Shown here piece by piece: positions 26,525-34,794 of a DNA stretch of 37,755 bases. This stretch comes from Candidatus Egerieisoma faecipullorum. GTDB taxonomy: Bacteria > Bacillota > Clostridia > UBA1212 > UBA1255. The position numbers were made by a program, and so were the translations under genes. Where the stretch lies: assembly GCA_018714995.1 (NCBI GenBank), contig DVMM01000063.1, forward strand, positions 1-37,755, read 5' to 3'. The notes below the pieces were generated by a model. The model ran no database searches. It was not told the DNA's origin and saw only the letters and a list, made by a program, of their open reading frames with translations. Positions within the stretch are counted from its first letter, which is position 1; every line of letters starts with the position of its first letter.

Positions 26525-26548
26525 ACCCGAAGGTTCAGCCGTTCCCGG
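26511..26548 (-). terminator. Perfect 17-bp hairpin with CGAA loop; intrinsic terminator for dpaB that overlaps the stop codon of the convergent gene
   Basis: CCGGGAACGGCTGAACC (26511-26527) / GGTTCAGCCGTTCCCGG (26532-26548). On the minus strand it is followed by ATTCTTTTT. On the plus strand there is no T run. Confidence 0.6.
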
Positions 26549-26572
26549 AAGAGTCTGTGTAAGGAACAGCGA

Positions 26573-27157
26573 TTAAAGCAAAATCGGCTGAATCTGTTTT
26601 CCTTCGAGTGCGAAAGAGATCGTTTCGTTTACGAGGGAAAAGTCTGCCATGAGAGAAAAAGGCTTTTTGACGCTGTCATCCTGGCGGAATGGAACAAAAA
26701 AGAAATTCTTCATACCGAGAAGCGCGCCGATGTTTTTGGCGTTGGCGGCCAGACCATCGTTTGTAGAAACCGCGATTACTACAGGGCGGTTGTTGCGCAG
26801 GTGCGATTTACATGCCATTAATACCGGCGTATCGGTGATCGCATTTGCCAGCTTTGAGATCGTATTGCCGGTACAGGGCACGACGGCCACAATATCGAGC
26901 AGCTTTTTTGGACCGATCGGCTCCGCTTCTTTAATGGTGCAGATCGGCTCGTGGCCGGTGATCCGCACCAGCGTGTCGTATAATTCCTCCCTCGTCATGA
27001 ACCGTGTAGATGTTTCAGAAGAGGAATACGATAAAATCGGATAAACAACAGCGCCGCGCTTCACAAGATTGTCAGCGACGGCGGCGATATTTCTATGGGT
27101 GCAGAAAGAGCCGGTCACAGCCAGCCCGACCCGCAGGCCATCGAAGCATTCGAACAT
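26573..27157 (-). CDS. dpaB: Dipicolinate synthase subunit B (flavoprotein)
   Basis: GLAVTGSFCT near the N-terminus, VVPCTGNT, about 194 aa. It lies immediately downstream of dpaA. Confidence 0.85.
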   Translation of the reverse strand: MFECFDGLRVGLAVTGSFCTHRNIAAVADNLVKRGAVVYPILSYSSSETSTRFMTREELYDTLVRITGHEPICTIKEAEPIGPKKLLDIVAVVPCTGNTISKLANAITDTPVLMACKSHLRNNRPVVIAVSTNDGLAANAKNIGALLGMKNFFFVPFRQDDSVKKPFSLMADFSLVNETISFALEGKQIQPILL

Positions 27158-27181
27158 TTTACCAACCCCTTATATAAATAT

Positions 27182-28057
27182 TTACATGTTTTTCTCGTGG
27201 AGTATATTGTATATAACCTTTTGTATGATCTGCGCCGCGCCTGCGGGCGCGACCTTTCCGGGAAGAGAAAGCGCGTGGATCGTCCGGATGCGGCGCTTGG
27301 CCGCGTATTCAAAATCGGTGCCGCCCGGCATGGAGGCAAGATCGATCAGAAGTGCTTCCCGGTTCATGCAGTCCAGTAGCTCGCGGTCAAAAATCAGAGC
27401 CGGAACGGTATTGTATACGAGCAGCGCTTCCGGGAGAATCCTGCGCAGATGGGAATACGTGCAGGACTTCAGGCCTTCTGCTTCACAGATTGCAAAATCA
27501 CGGCTGCTTCTGGCGGCTACCGTTACGTCCGCTCCCACACGCTGCATCAGGCGTGCAAGCGTAGAGCCTACGCGGCCCATGCCGCACACAACCGTACGAA
27601 GTCCTCGAATCGTATAGGGCAGCTCCTCCATAGCAATCTGCAGTGCGCCTTCCGCGGTAGGAACCGAGTTTAAGACGGCAAGATCATCGCGCTGCAGAAG
27701 ATCCGCGGACACAGCGCCGACGCCGCTCAGGGCAAGCGGAATGCGTCCCCCGATCAGGAGGCCGCCGAAGCTGCTTTCCCGTATCACATCAGCGATTTTG
27801 GCAATTTCGATTTTTTCGGGATGGAACGGGGCATTCAGATAGGTTCCGTCACCTGAGGTAAAAGGCATCGGTCCTACAGCAATATCAGAAAGCGCGAACG
27901 CTTCGCGCAGATCGGAGCAGCGCTGCGAAATTTTCCCCGTATTGTCCAGCGCAAACGTATGGACCTCATGTCCGTCTTCCGAAAGAAGCTCCGATAATTT
28001 CACGTTTCTCATGTCTCCGCCGATGATCGAAAATCGGTACGTCTTCTGTGCGTCCAT
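27182..28057 (-). CDS. dpaA: Dipicolinate synthase subunit A
   Basis: I place the start at ATG 28057 (MDAQKTYRFSIIGGDMR). The Rossmann motif VCGMGRVG is present. It is paired with dpaB. Confidence 0.85.
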   Translation of the reverse strand: MDAQKTYRFSIIGGDMRNVKLSELLSEDGHEVHTFALDNTGKISQRCSDLREAFALSDIAVGPMPFTSGDGTYLNAPFHPEKIEIAKIADVIRESSFGGLLIGGRIPLALSGVGAVSADLLQRDDLAVLNSVPTAEGALQIAMEELPYTIRGLRTVVCGMGRVGSTLARLMQRVGADVTVAARSSRDFAICEAEGLKSCTYSHLRRILPEALLVYNTVPALIFDRELLDCMNREALLIDLASMPGGTDFEYAAKRRIRTIHALSLPGKVAPAGAAQIIQKVIYNILHEKNM

Positions 28058-28089
28058 TCTCTCTGCCTCTTTAAAACAGCAATTCACTA

Positions 28090-28117
28090 TATAGTATGAA
28101 GCCGGGCGGCGAACCGT
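28090..28117 (-). promoter_or_regulatory. Candidate sigma-K type promoter (AC-17-CATActaTA) for dpaA-dpaB
   Basis: On the minus strand: AC (plus-strand 28116-28117), a 17-nt spacer, then CATACTATA (plus-strand 28090-28098). This matches the AC-17-CATAnnnTA consensus, about 33 nt upstream of the ATG. Confidence 0.4.
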
Positions 28118-28162
28118 TCCCGGAATGCGGAGGAATCGTTTGCAAAAATAATGATTAACCGG

Positions 28163-28191
28163 TTGACAATCTGATAGATCTGTATTACAAT
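28163..28191 (+). promoter_or_regulatory. Sigma-A promoter (TTGACA-17-TACAAT) for the marR-ABC operon
   Basis: TTGACA at 28163-28168, a 17-nt spacer, and TACAAT at 28186-28191. Confidence 0.6.
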
Positions 28192-28204
28192 AGCCCGGAC
28201 AATT

Positions 28205-28220
28205 AGTTAATCGATTAACT
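28205..28220. promoter_or_regulatory. Perfect 16-bp palindrome AGTTAATCGATTAACT, candidate MarR operator
   Basis: It lies 14 nt downstream of the -10 box. The half-site GATTAAC recurs at 28153-28159, just upstream of the -35. Confidence 0.5.
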
Positions 28221-28259
28221 TACTTGTCCAATAGAAAGAAGGAAAGGAGCTGATTGCTT

Positions 28260-28748
28260 ATGAATAAAAAGAACGGCGCAAAAATACCGCCGCCGCTGGA
28301 GGGAAACAACGGGGCGGCTCTGCAGTGGAAAATGCGCAATATTTCGCATGCCAGAATGCATGTGGTAACGGATATGCTTTCCGAATACGGCTTGCATTAT
28401 ACATATCCCAGGATTCTCGGAACGATCCGTTATCGTGCGGGCGCCACGCAGAAGGAGCTTGCAGACGAACTGAATACTTCGCCGGCCGCAATGTCGGTCT
28501 CCGTAAAACGCCTGCAAAAGGCCGGACTGATAGAAAAAATGTCGGATGCATCGGATTCCCGCATCAATATCATTCGTTTAACGGAGAAAGGGCTTCGAAT
28601 CCACGACGATACGTTTGATAAGACGCTTGCGATCGACCGAAAGATGCTGGACGGCTTTACCGAAGCGGAAACGCAGGAGCTGTTTGCATATCTGGACAGG
28701 GTCCAGAGCAATATTGATAAAATGAGAGGAAGGGAAACGGATTTATGA
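28260..28748 (+). CDS. MarR family transcriptional regulator
   Basis: Winged-HTH region TQKELADELNTSPAAMSVSVKRLQKAGLIEK..D.R. The AAGGAG RBS fits ATG 28260 better than the TTG at 28254. Confidence 0.85.
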   Translation: MNKKNGAKIPPPLEGNNGAALQWKMRNISHARMHVVTDMLSEYGLHYTYPRILGTIRYRAGATQKELADELNTSPAAMSVSVKRLQKAGLIEKMSDASDSRINIIRLTEKGLRIHDDTFDKTLAIDRKMLDGFTEAETQELFAYLDRVQSNIDKMRGRETDL

Positions 28749-30535
28749 TCAAGAGACTAGCGGCCTATTTTAAAAATTATAAGCTGCCCGCCATCCTGTG
28801 TCCGGTACTGATGCTTTTCGAGGTGATGGGAGACGTTGCGATGCCCTGGCTGATGGCGCAGATCCTGAACCGAGTAGACGTATCGCGCGCGGCGGAATTT
28901 ACCACGGCGGATATTTATTACGTACTGAAGATCGGCGGACTGATGGTGCTTGTGTCGCTGATCGCAATGTTCTGCGGGGCGTACAGCAGCCGGCTTGCCG
29001 CAATCGCCTCCCAGGGCGCCGGAGCGGAGCTGCGGGAGGACCTTTTTGTAAAAATACAGAAATTTTCCTTTTCAAATATCGATTATTTCAGTATCCCATC
29101 GCTGATTACGCGCCTTACGACGGACGTCAACAATCTCCAGCAAACGGGGATGATGTGTCTGCGCATGCTTGTCCGTTCTCCGTTTATGTTCCTGTTTGCG
29201 CTGATCATGTCGATCTCGATTCATGCGGAGCTTGCCTGCGTATTTTTGATCGCGATTCCGCTGCTGACCATAGCGGTCGTGGTGATTATGAAAAAGGCGC
29301 ACCCGCGTTTTATGGCGTTTCAGGATAAAATCGACGATCTGAACACGTCGGTACAGGAAAACCTGACGAATATCCGCGTCGTTAAATCCTTTGTCCGCGG
29401 CGATTATGAGAAAAAGAAATTTAAAAAGTCTAACGACGATCTGACCGCGACGGGAATCCGCGCGGTGAAGCTTGTCATTCTGAATATGCCGATCATGCAG
29501 CTGATCGTATATATCTGTATTATTGCAATCCTGTTTTTCGGAGGCAGAGTCGTTGTAGATACGGGCCTGGCGGAGCTGACCGGAAAGGTTTACGAATCCA
29601 CGGGGCTGCAGGCAGGCGACCTGCTCAGTCTGATTTCTTATGTAACGCAGATTCTGTCGTCGCTGATGATGCTTTCGATGCTGTTCCTGCAATTTACAAG
29701 AGCCAGAGCCTCGGGACAGCGCGTCCTGGAAGTCCTGGATACGAAAATCGACATTACGGATCCGGAGAATGCTCTTACGGAGGTTCCGGACGGCTCGATC
29801 GATTTTGAAAACGTGTCGTTCCGCTATCGTATGGGTTCCGGAGAGGATACGCTCAGCGGGATCAATCTGCATATTCGATCCGGGGAAACTATTGGAATCA
29901 TCGGTTCGACCGGTTCCGCAAAGACGACTCTGGTGCAGCTGATTCCGCGGCTTTACGACGTTACGGAGGGGCGGATTAAAGTCGGCGGCCACGACGTAAA
30001 AGAGTATGCGCTGGAGCCGCTTCATGACGCGGTTGCCATGGTGCTCCAGAAAAACACGCTTTTCTCCGGGACGGTCCGCGACAATATGCGCTGGGGCGAT
30101 CCCGACGCGAGCGATGAGGAAATTCGTGAAGCCTGCGAGCATGCGCAGGCCTGGGACTTCGTCAGCAAGCTTCCGGAGGGGTTGGACACGGATTTGAGCC
30201 AGGGCGGAGCGAATCTTTCCGGAGGTCAGAAGCAGCGTCTGTGCATCGCGCGGGCACTGCTGAAGCATCCCAAGATTATTATCCTGGACGACTCCACGAG
30301 CGCGGTGGATACCGCAACGGACGCGAAAATCCGTCAGGCATTTTCGGAAGAGCTCGGCGGAATTACGACGCTTATTATCGCACAGCGAATCACCTCCATC
30401 TCCAACGCGGACCGGATTATCGTGCTGGACGATGGTAAAATCAATGCGGTCGGCACGCATGAAGAGCTGATGGAAACGAATGAAATTTATCGGGACGTAT
30501 ACACGTCGCAGCAGGAAGGAGTGATTTCCGAATGA
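28745..30535 (+). CDS. ABC exporter, fused permease/ATPase (half-transporter 1)
   Basis: Six-TM domain, Walker A GSTGSAKTT, signature LSGGQKQR, Walker B IIILDD. ATGA overlap with marR. Confidence 0.9.
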   Translation: MIKRLAAYFKNYKLPAILCPVLMLFEVMGDVAMPWLMAQILNRVDVSRAAEFTTADIYYVLKIGGLMVLVSLIAMFCGAYSSRLAAIASQGAGAELREDLFVKIQKFSFSNIDYFSIPSLITRLTTDVNNLQQTGMMCLRMLVRSPFMFLFALIMSISIHAELACVFLIAIPLLTIAVVVIMKKAHPRFMAFQDKIDDLNTSVQENLTNIRVVKSFVRGDYEKKKFKKSNDDLTATGIRAVKLVILNMPIMQLIVYICIIAILFFGGRVVVDTGLAELTGKVYESTGLQAGDLLSLISYVTQILSSLMMLSMLFLQFTRARASGQRVLEVLDTKIDITDPENALTEVPDGSIDFENVSFRYRMGSGEDTLSGINLHIRSGETIGIIGSTGSAKTTLVQLIPRLYDVTEGRIKVGGHDVKEYALEPLHDAVAMVLQKNTLFSGTVRDNMRWGDPDASDEEIREACEHAQAWDFVSKLPEGLDTDLSQGGANLSGGQKQRLCIARALLKHPKIIILDDSTSAVDTATDAKIRQAFSEELGGITTLIIAQRITSISNADRIIVLDDGKINAVGTHEELMETNEIYRDVYTSQQEGVISE

Positions 30536-32535
30536 GTACTGAGCCGAAGAAAAACTCCGGCGGCCCGGGCGGCCCCGGCAGGCACGGCTTTCGCAAGCCG
30601 AAGAATACGAAAAAAACGCTTTTTCGCATGTTTTCCTATCTTTCCGGAAACGTGCCGCTTCTGACCGTGGCATTTATCATGATTATTTTGAGCGCGCTGG
30701 CGGGCGTCGCGGCTTCTTACATTCTGAAGCCGCTGATCAATAACCTGACCAGCAACCTGAAGGCATATATCGACAGCGGGCTGGCCAGCGATGAGGCGCG
30801 GCGCCTGATCCTTACGGATCTGGGGAAAAATCTTGCCGCGATGGGCGCCATTTATCTGACCGGCGCGGTCGGCACGTACGTTTCCAGCCGCGTTATGGTT
30901 TCCGTTGCTCAGAAAACGGCCAACAAGATGAGAAAGGAGCTCTTTGAACATCTGCAGGATCTTCCGGTCAGTTATTTCGATAAGCATCCCCACGGAGAGA
31001 TTATGAGCCGTTTTACAAACGATATGGATAACGTCTCGATGGCGCTGGAGCAAAGCCTGTCGCAGACGGTTACTTCACTGATTTCCGTCGTCGGAACCTT
31101 TGTCATGATGCTGGTGCTAAGCCCGTTCCTGACAATATTTGTCGTTCTGATGCTGCTTCTGATGCTTTTTATAGTAAAAAAGATCGGCGGCAAAAGCGCG
31201 CGGTACTTCCGCGGACAGCAGGCGGCGCTGGGCGATCTGGACGGCTACATCGAGGAAATGATGCAGGGCCAGAAGGTTGTGAAGGTTTTCAATCATGAAA
31301 ACGCGGCAAACGAAGAATTTATCAAGAAGAACAACAGCCTGAAGGACGCAGCGGTGAGCGCGCAGACCTTTGCCAATATTATAATGCCGATTATGGGAAA
31401 TCTTTCTTACCTGCATTACGCGCTGACGGCGACGATCGGCGCTGTCATGATTGTGAATCCGATGGGATGGGGAATCTTTGCCGCCACAACAATCGGCGAT
31501 GTCGCCGCCTTCCTGCAATATACCAGGCAGTTCTCCCAGCCGATCACGCAGATTTCAAATCAGATGAATATGCTGCTGTCCGCCCTGGCAGGCGCAGAGC
31601 GAATTTTCGAGGTTTTAGATGAACAGGTGGAATCGGACGAGGGAAAGACGGTTCTCGTTCTTGCGGAGAAAAAACAGGATGGCACACTTTTCGAGGTTCC
31701 CGGAGATCCGTTTGAAAATTTTGCATCAACCTTTGAAAACGAAAGCGGAAAATTCCTGGCCTGGAAGGTGCCGGAGGAAGGGGGAGACCGGCTTGTGGAG
31801 CTGCACGGCGACGTGCGCTTTACCAATGTCGTATTTTCTTATATCCCTGGGCATATTGTGCTGAACGACGTTTCTCTGTACGCAAGACCGGGACAGAAGA
31901 TCGCGTTTGTCGGCTCTACAGGCGCCGGGAAAACGACGATTACGAATCTGATCAACCGGTTTTACGAAATTCAGGAGGGAACGATCACGTACGACGGAAT
32001 TGATGTGCGCGAGATTAAAAAGGACGATCTGCGGCGTACGCTTGGAATCGTACTGCAGGATGTCCATTTGTTCCGCGGCACGATCCGCGACAATATCCGG
32101 TATGGAAAATTAAACGCTACGGATGAGGAGATCGTGCGTGCCGCAAAAATTGCAAACGCGCATTCCTTCATCAAGCGTCTTCCGGATGGGTACGACACGG
32201 TGCTTACTGCAGACGGTACAAACCTGTCCCAGGGACAGCGCCAGCTGCTTTCCATTGCACGCGCCGCCGTTGCGGATCCTCCGGTTATTATCCTTGACGA
32301 GGCAACCTCTTCCATCGATACAAGAACGGAGCATCTGATCGAGGACGGCATGGATAAACTGATGATGGGACGGACGACGTTTGTGATTGCCCACCGGCTT
32401 TCTACGGTACGGAACTCTAACGCAATCATGGTGCTTGAGCTCGGCAGGATTATTGAGCGCGGCGATCATGACGATCTGCTTGCACAGCGCGGACGGTATT
32501 ACAGCCTTTATACCGGAAAGGCAGAATTGACGTGA
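30532..32535 (+). CDS. ABC exporter, fused permease/ATPase (half-transporter 2)
   Basis: ATGA overlap with the upstream gene. Walker A GSTGAGKTT, signature LSQGQRQ, Walker B VIILDE. There is an insertion of about 60 aa between the TMD and NBD (EQVESDEGK..ELHGD). Confidence 0.9.
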   Translation: MSTEPKKNSGGPGGPGRHGFRKPKNTKKTLFRMFSYLSGNVPLLTVAFIMIILSALAGVAASYILKPLINNLTSNLKAYIDSGLASDEARRLILTDLGKNLAAMGAIYLTGAVGTYVSSRVMVSVAQKTANKMRKELFEHLQDLPVSYFDKHPHGEIMSRFTNDMDNVSMALEQSLSQTVTSLISVVGTFVMMLVLSPFLTIFVVLMLLLMLFIVKKIGGKSARYFRGQQAALGDLDGYIEEMMQGQKVVKVFNHENAANEEFIKKNNSLKDAAVSAQTFANIIMPIMGNLSYLHYALTATIGAVMIVNPMGWGIFAATTIGDVAAFLQYTRQFSQPITQISNQMNMLLSALAGAERIFEVLDEQVESDEGKTVLVLAEKKQDGTLFEVPGDPFENFASTFENESGKFLAWKVPEEGGDRLVELHGDVRFTNVVFSYIPGHIVLNDVSLYARPGQKIAFVGSTGAGKTTITNLINRFYEIQEGTITYDGIDVREIKKDDLRRTLGIVLQDVHLFRGTIRDNIRYGKLNATDEEIVRAAKIANAHSFIKRLPDGYDTVLTADGTNLSQGQRQLLSIARAAVADPPVIILDEATSSIDTRTEHLIEDGMDKLMMGRTTFVIAHRLSTVRNSNAIMVLELGRIIERGDHDDLLAQRGRYYSLYTGKAELT

Positions 32536-32555
32536 GCCGAGACTGATCGCAACGC

Positions 32556-32588
32556 AACCCCGGATGCGGCGCAGTATCCGGGGTTTTT
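32556..32588 (+). terminator. Rho-independent terminator after the ABC operon
   Basis: AACCCCGGAT / ATCCGGGGTT stem followed by TTTTT. Confidence 0.7.
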
Positions 32589-32624
32589 GATTAAAAATTT
32601 TACGCGGCTTTGATCAAAAACGGA

Positions 32625-32653
32625 TTGCTTTTTTCTTCGTATTTTTTTATAGT
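32625..32653 (+). promoter_or_regulatory. Candidate sigma-A promoter (TTGCTT-17-TATAGT) for the HAD gene
   Basis: TTGCTT at 32625-32630, a 17-nt spacer, and TATAGT at 32648-32653. Confidence 0.4.
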
Positions 32654-32732
32654 AAAGAGTGTACAATTATAAATAGGCAGGGAGTGAATCGTTATAGATA
32701 TTTTAAGGGAAAAACAAGGGTATATCTGCGAT

Positions 32733-33491
32733 ATGGACGGCGTCATCTATCACGGGAACCGTCTGCTTCCGGGCGTCAAGGAATTTGTGGAATGGCTTTA
32801 CAGAGAAAACAAAAAATTTCTGTTTCTGACGAACGGCAGCGGATATTCACCGAAGGATTTGCAAATGAAGCTGCGCCGGATGGGGCTGGAGGTCGACGAA
32901 AGCCATTTTTATACGAGCGCGCTGGCAACGGCAAAATTTATCAGCTCCCAGAATCCTGGCTGCAGCGCCTTTGTAATCGGGGAGCCCGGTCTGTTCAATG
33001 CGCTGCACGACGCCGGGATTACGATTAATACGGTCGATCCGGATTACGTCATTGTGGGGGAGACGAACAATTATAATTACGACAGTATCTGCAGGGCGGT
33101 GCAGCACGTATTGAACGGCTCCAAGCTGATCGGCACGAACACGGATCTTACAGCTCCTTTGGAGAATGGGATCGTACCGGCCTGCCGGGCGCTGATTTCT
33201 CCGATTGAAATGGCCACGGGGAAATCCGCCTATTATGTGGGAAAGCCGAATCCGCTGATGATGCGTACGGGACTGAAAATGCTGGGCGTCCATTCTCAGG
33301 ACGCCGCAATTATCGGAGACCGGATGGATACCGATATTATTGCCGGCATCGAAAGCGGTTTGGATACCGTACTTGTCCTGACCGGCGTGACCTCGCGCGA
33401 GACCATGCAGCGCTATCCGTACCGCCCCAGACTCGTTCTGGAAAACGTGGGAGATATTCCGCCGGCCTCGGACCGGGCGCCGGCGCTTTAA
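32733..33491 (+). CDS. HAD-IIA family phosphatase (NagD-like); the true start is probably upstream of the listed ATG
   Basis: [10 protein letters not shown] (motif I), [19 protein letters not shown]. The first Asp of motif I is encoded at 32730-32732, upstream of the only ATG. See the finding at 32684-32735. Confidence 0.8.
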   Translation: MDGVIYHGNRLLPGVKEFVEWLYRENKKFLFLTNGSGYSPKDLQMKLRRMGLEVDESHFYTSALATAKFISSQNPGCSAFVIGEPGLFNALHDAGITINTVDPDYVIVGETNNYNYDSICRAVQHVLNGSKLIGTNTDLTAPLENGIVPACRALISPIEMATGKSAYYVGKPNPLMMRTGLKMLGVHSQDAAIIGDRMDTDIIAGIESGLDTVLVLTGVTSRETMQRYPYRPRLVLENVGDIPPASDRAPAL

Positions 33492-33516
33492 AATTTTTGG
33501 CAGCGGGGGGGATTTT

Positions 33517-34119
33517 ATGACGCTGAAAGAAAAAATGGCAGGCGGAGAAATTTATTTCTGTTCCGATCCGGAGCTCATGGCCGAACAGGAAAAATGCCTG
33601 GAGAAATTATATGATTTTAATGCAACGCGTCCTTCTGAGCATGAAAAGCGCGCGGCGCTTCTGAAGGAGCTGTTTGCATCGGTGGGAGAGGGCTGCTACG
33701 TCGAGCCGCCGCTTCACACGAACTGGGGCAGAAATACGCATTTCGGAAATCACGTATATGCAAATTTCAATCTCACGCTTGTAGACGATACGGATATTTA
33801 TGTAGGGGATTACGTAATGTTTGGGCCAAATGTCACAGTCGCGACGGCCGGTCATCCCGTAAATCCCGAGCTGCGCCGCAAAGCCGCGCAGTTCAACATT
33901 CCCGTCCGGATTGGGAATAACGTCTGGATCGGCGCGGGCGCCGTGATTTTGCCTGGCGTGCAGATCGGTGAAAATTCTGTGATCGGCGCAGGCAGCATAG
34001 TGACAAAGGATGTGCCGCCGAACGTCGTCGCAGTAGGAAATCCGTGCCGTATCCTTCGGGAGATCGGCGAGCATGACGCAGTATATTATTATAAAAACAG
34101 GAAAATCGTGACGGAGTGA
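33517..34119 (+). CDS. maa: Maltose/galactoside-type sugar O-acetyltransferase (hexapeptide-repeat, left-handed beta-helix)
   Basis: N-terminal Mac domain ([29 protein letters not shown]). GHP active-site loop. Hexapeptide repeats [31 protein letters not shown]. Confidence 0.85.
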   Translation: MTLKEKMAGGEIYFCSDPELMAEQEKCLEKLYDFNATRPSEHEKRAALLKELFASVGEGCYVEPPLHTNWGRNTHFGNHVYANFNLTLVDDTDIYVGDYVMFGPNVTVATAGHPVNPELRRKAAQFNIPVRIGNNVWIGAGAVILPGVQIGENSVIGAGSIVTKDVPPNVVAVGNPCRILREIGEHDAVYYYKNRKIVTE

Positions 34120-34128
34120 GGATCTCCC

Positions 34129-34686
34129 ATGCTGGACGCTGATATCAGGGAGCCGCTTTTTTTATACTTGGAAACGCGGTACGGAAAGGTGCGTATTTTC
34201 GAAGAAAAAAATATTGGAACGTCGCGCGCCGATGTGATCGCCATAACGGACGGAGAACTGATCGGACTTGAAATCAAAAGCGACGGCGATTCGTATGCGC
34301 GCCTGAAAAGCCAGATCCGAAATTACAACAAATATTGCGGGAAAAATTATCTTGTGGTAGGCGCAAGCCACAGAATTCATGCCGGCGAGCATATTCCGGA
34401 CTTCTGGGGAATCCTTGTCGTATCGCGCGATCCGGATACGAGACTGCCCAGAATCGAAGAATCCAGAGCGGCGCAGCCAAATCCCAAATGCGATGTAAAG
34501 CGCCAGCTGAGCCTGCTGTGGCGGAACGAGCTTGCAAATCTTTTGCGGAAGAACCATCTCCCGAAATACAACGGGAAAAGCAAATCCTTCATTTGCGAAA
34601 AGCTGGCGTCAAAGCTCTGCGCGGAAACGCTGCTGCGCCAGCTGACGGACGAAATCTTTGAAAGGGATTATACCGTCTACAATTGA
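34129..34686 (+). CDS. PD-(D/E)XK nuclease-fold protein (resembles the sce7726 / MmcB-like families as I recall them)
   Basis: Core motif RADVIAI..x9..GLEIKSD (D...E-x-K) preceded by E..F. The RBS overlaps the maa stop, and the gap to maa is 9 nt. Confidence 0.5.
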   Translation: MLDADIREPLFLYLETRYGKVRIFEEKNIGTSRADVIAITDGELIGLEIKSDGDSYARLKSQIRNYNKYCGKNYLVVGASHRIHAGEHIPDFWGILVVSRDPDTRLPRIEESRAAQPNPKCDVKRQLSLLWRNELANLLRKNHLPKYNGKSKSFICEKLASKLCAETLLRQLTDEIFERDYTVYN

Positions 34687-34794
34687 AAAACCGGAATTTA
34701 TAAATAAATTTTACCTAAAACCTGTGGACATCAAGCACCGACAGTGTTAAAATAAAGCCGCTGTTTAAAACTAGTAAATGAAAGGAACTTATGT

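Noticed and set aside
29072-30673. 533-aa ORF antisense across the junction of the two ABC exporter genes
   Set aside because: It runs opposite strong Walker A/B and signature motifs on the sense strand. Its composition is Arg-rich and unstructured, which is the typical shadow ORF of GC-rich coding DNA.
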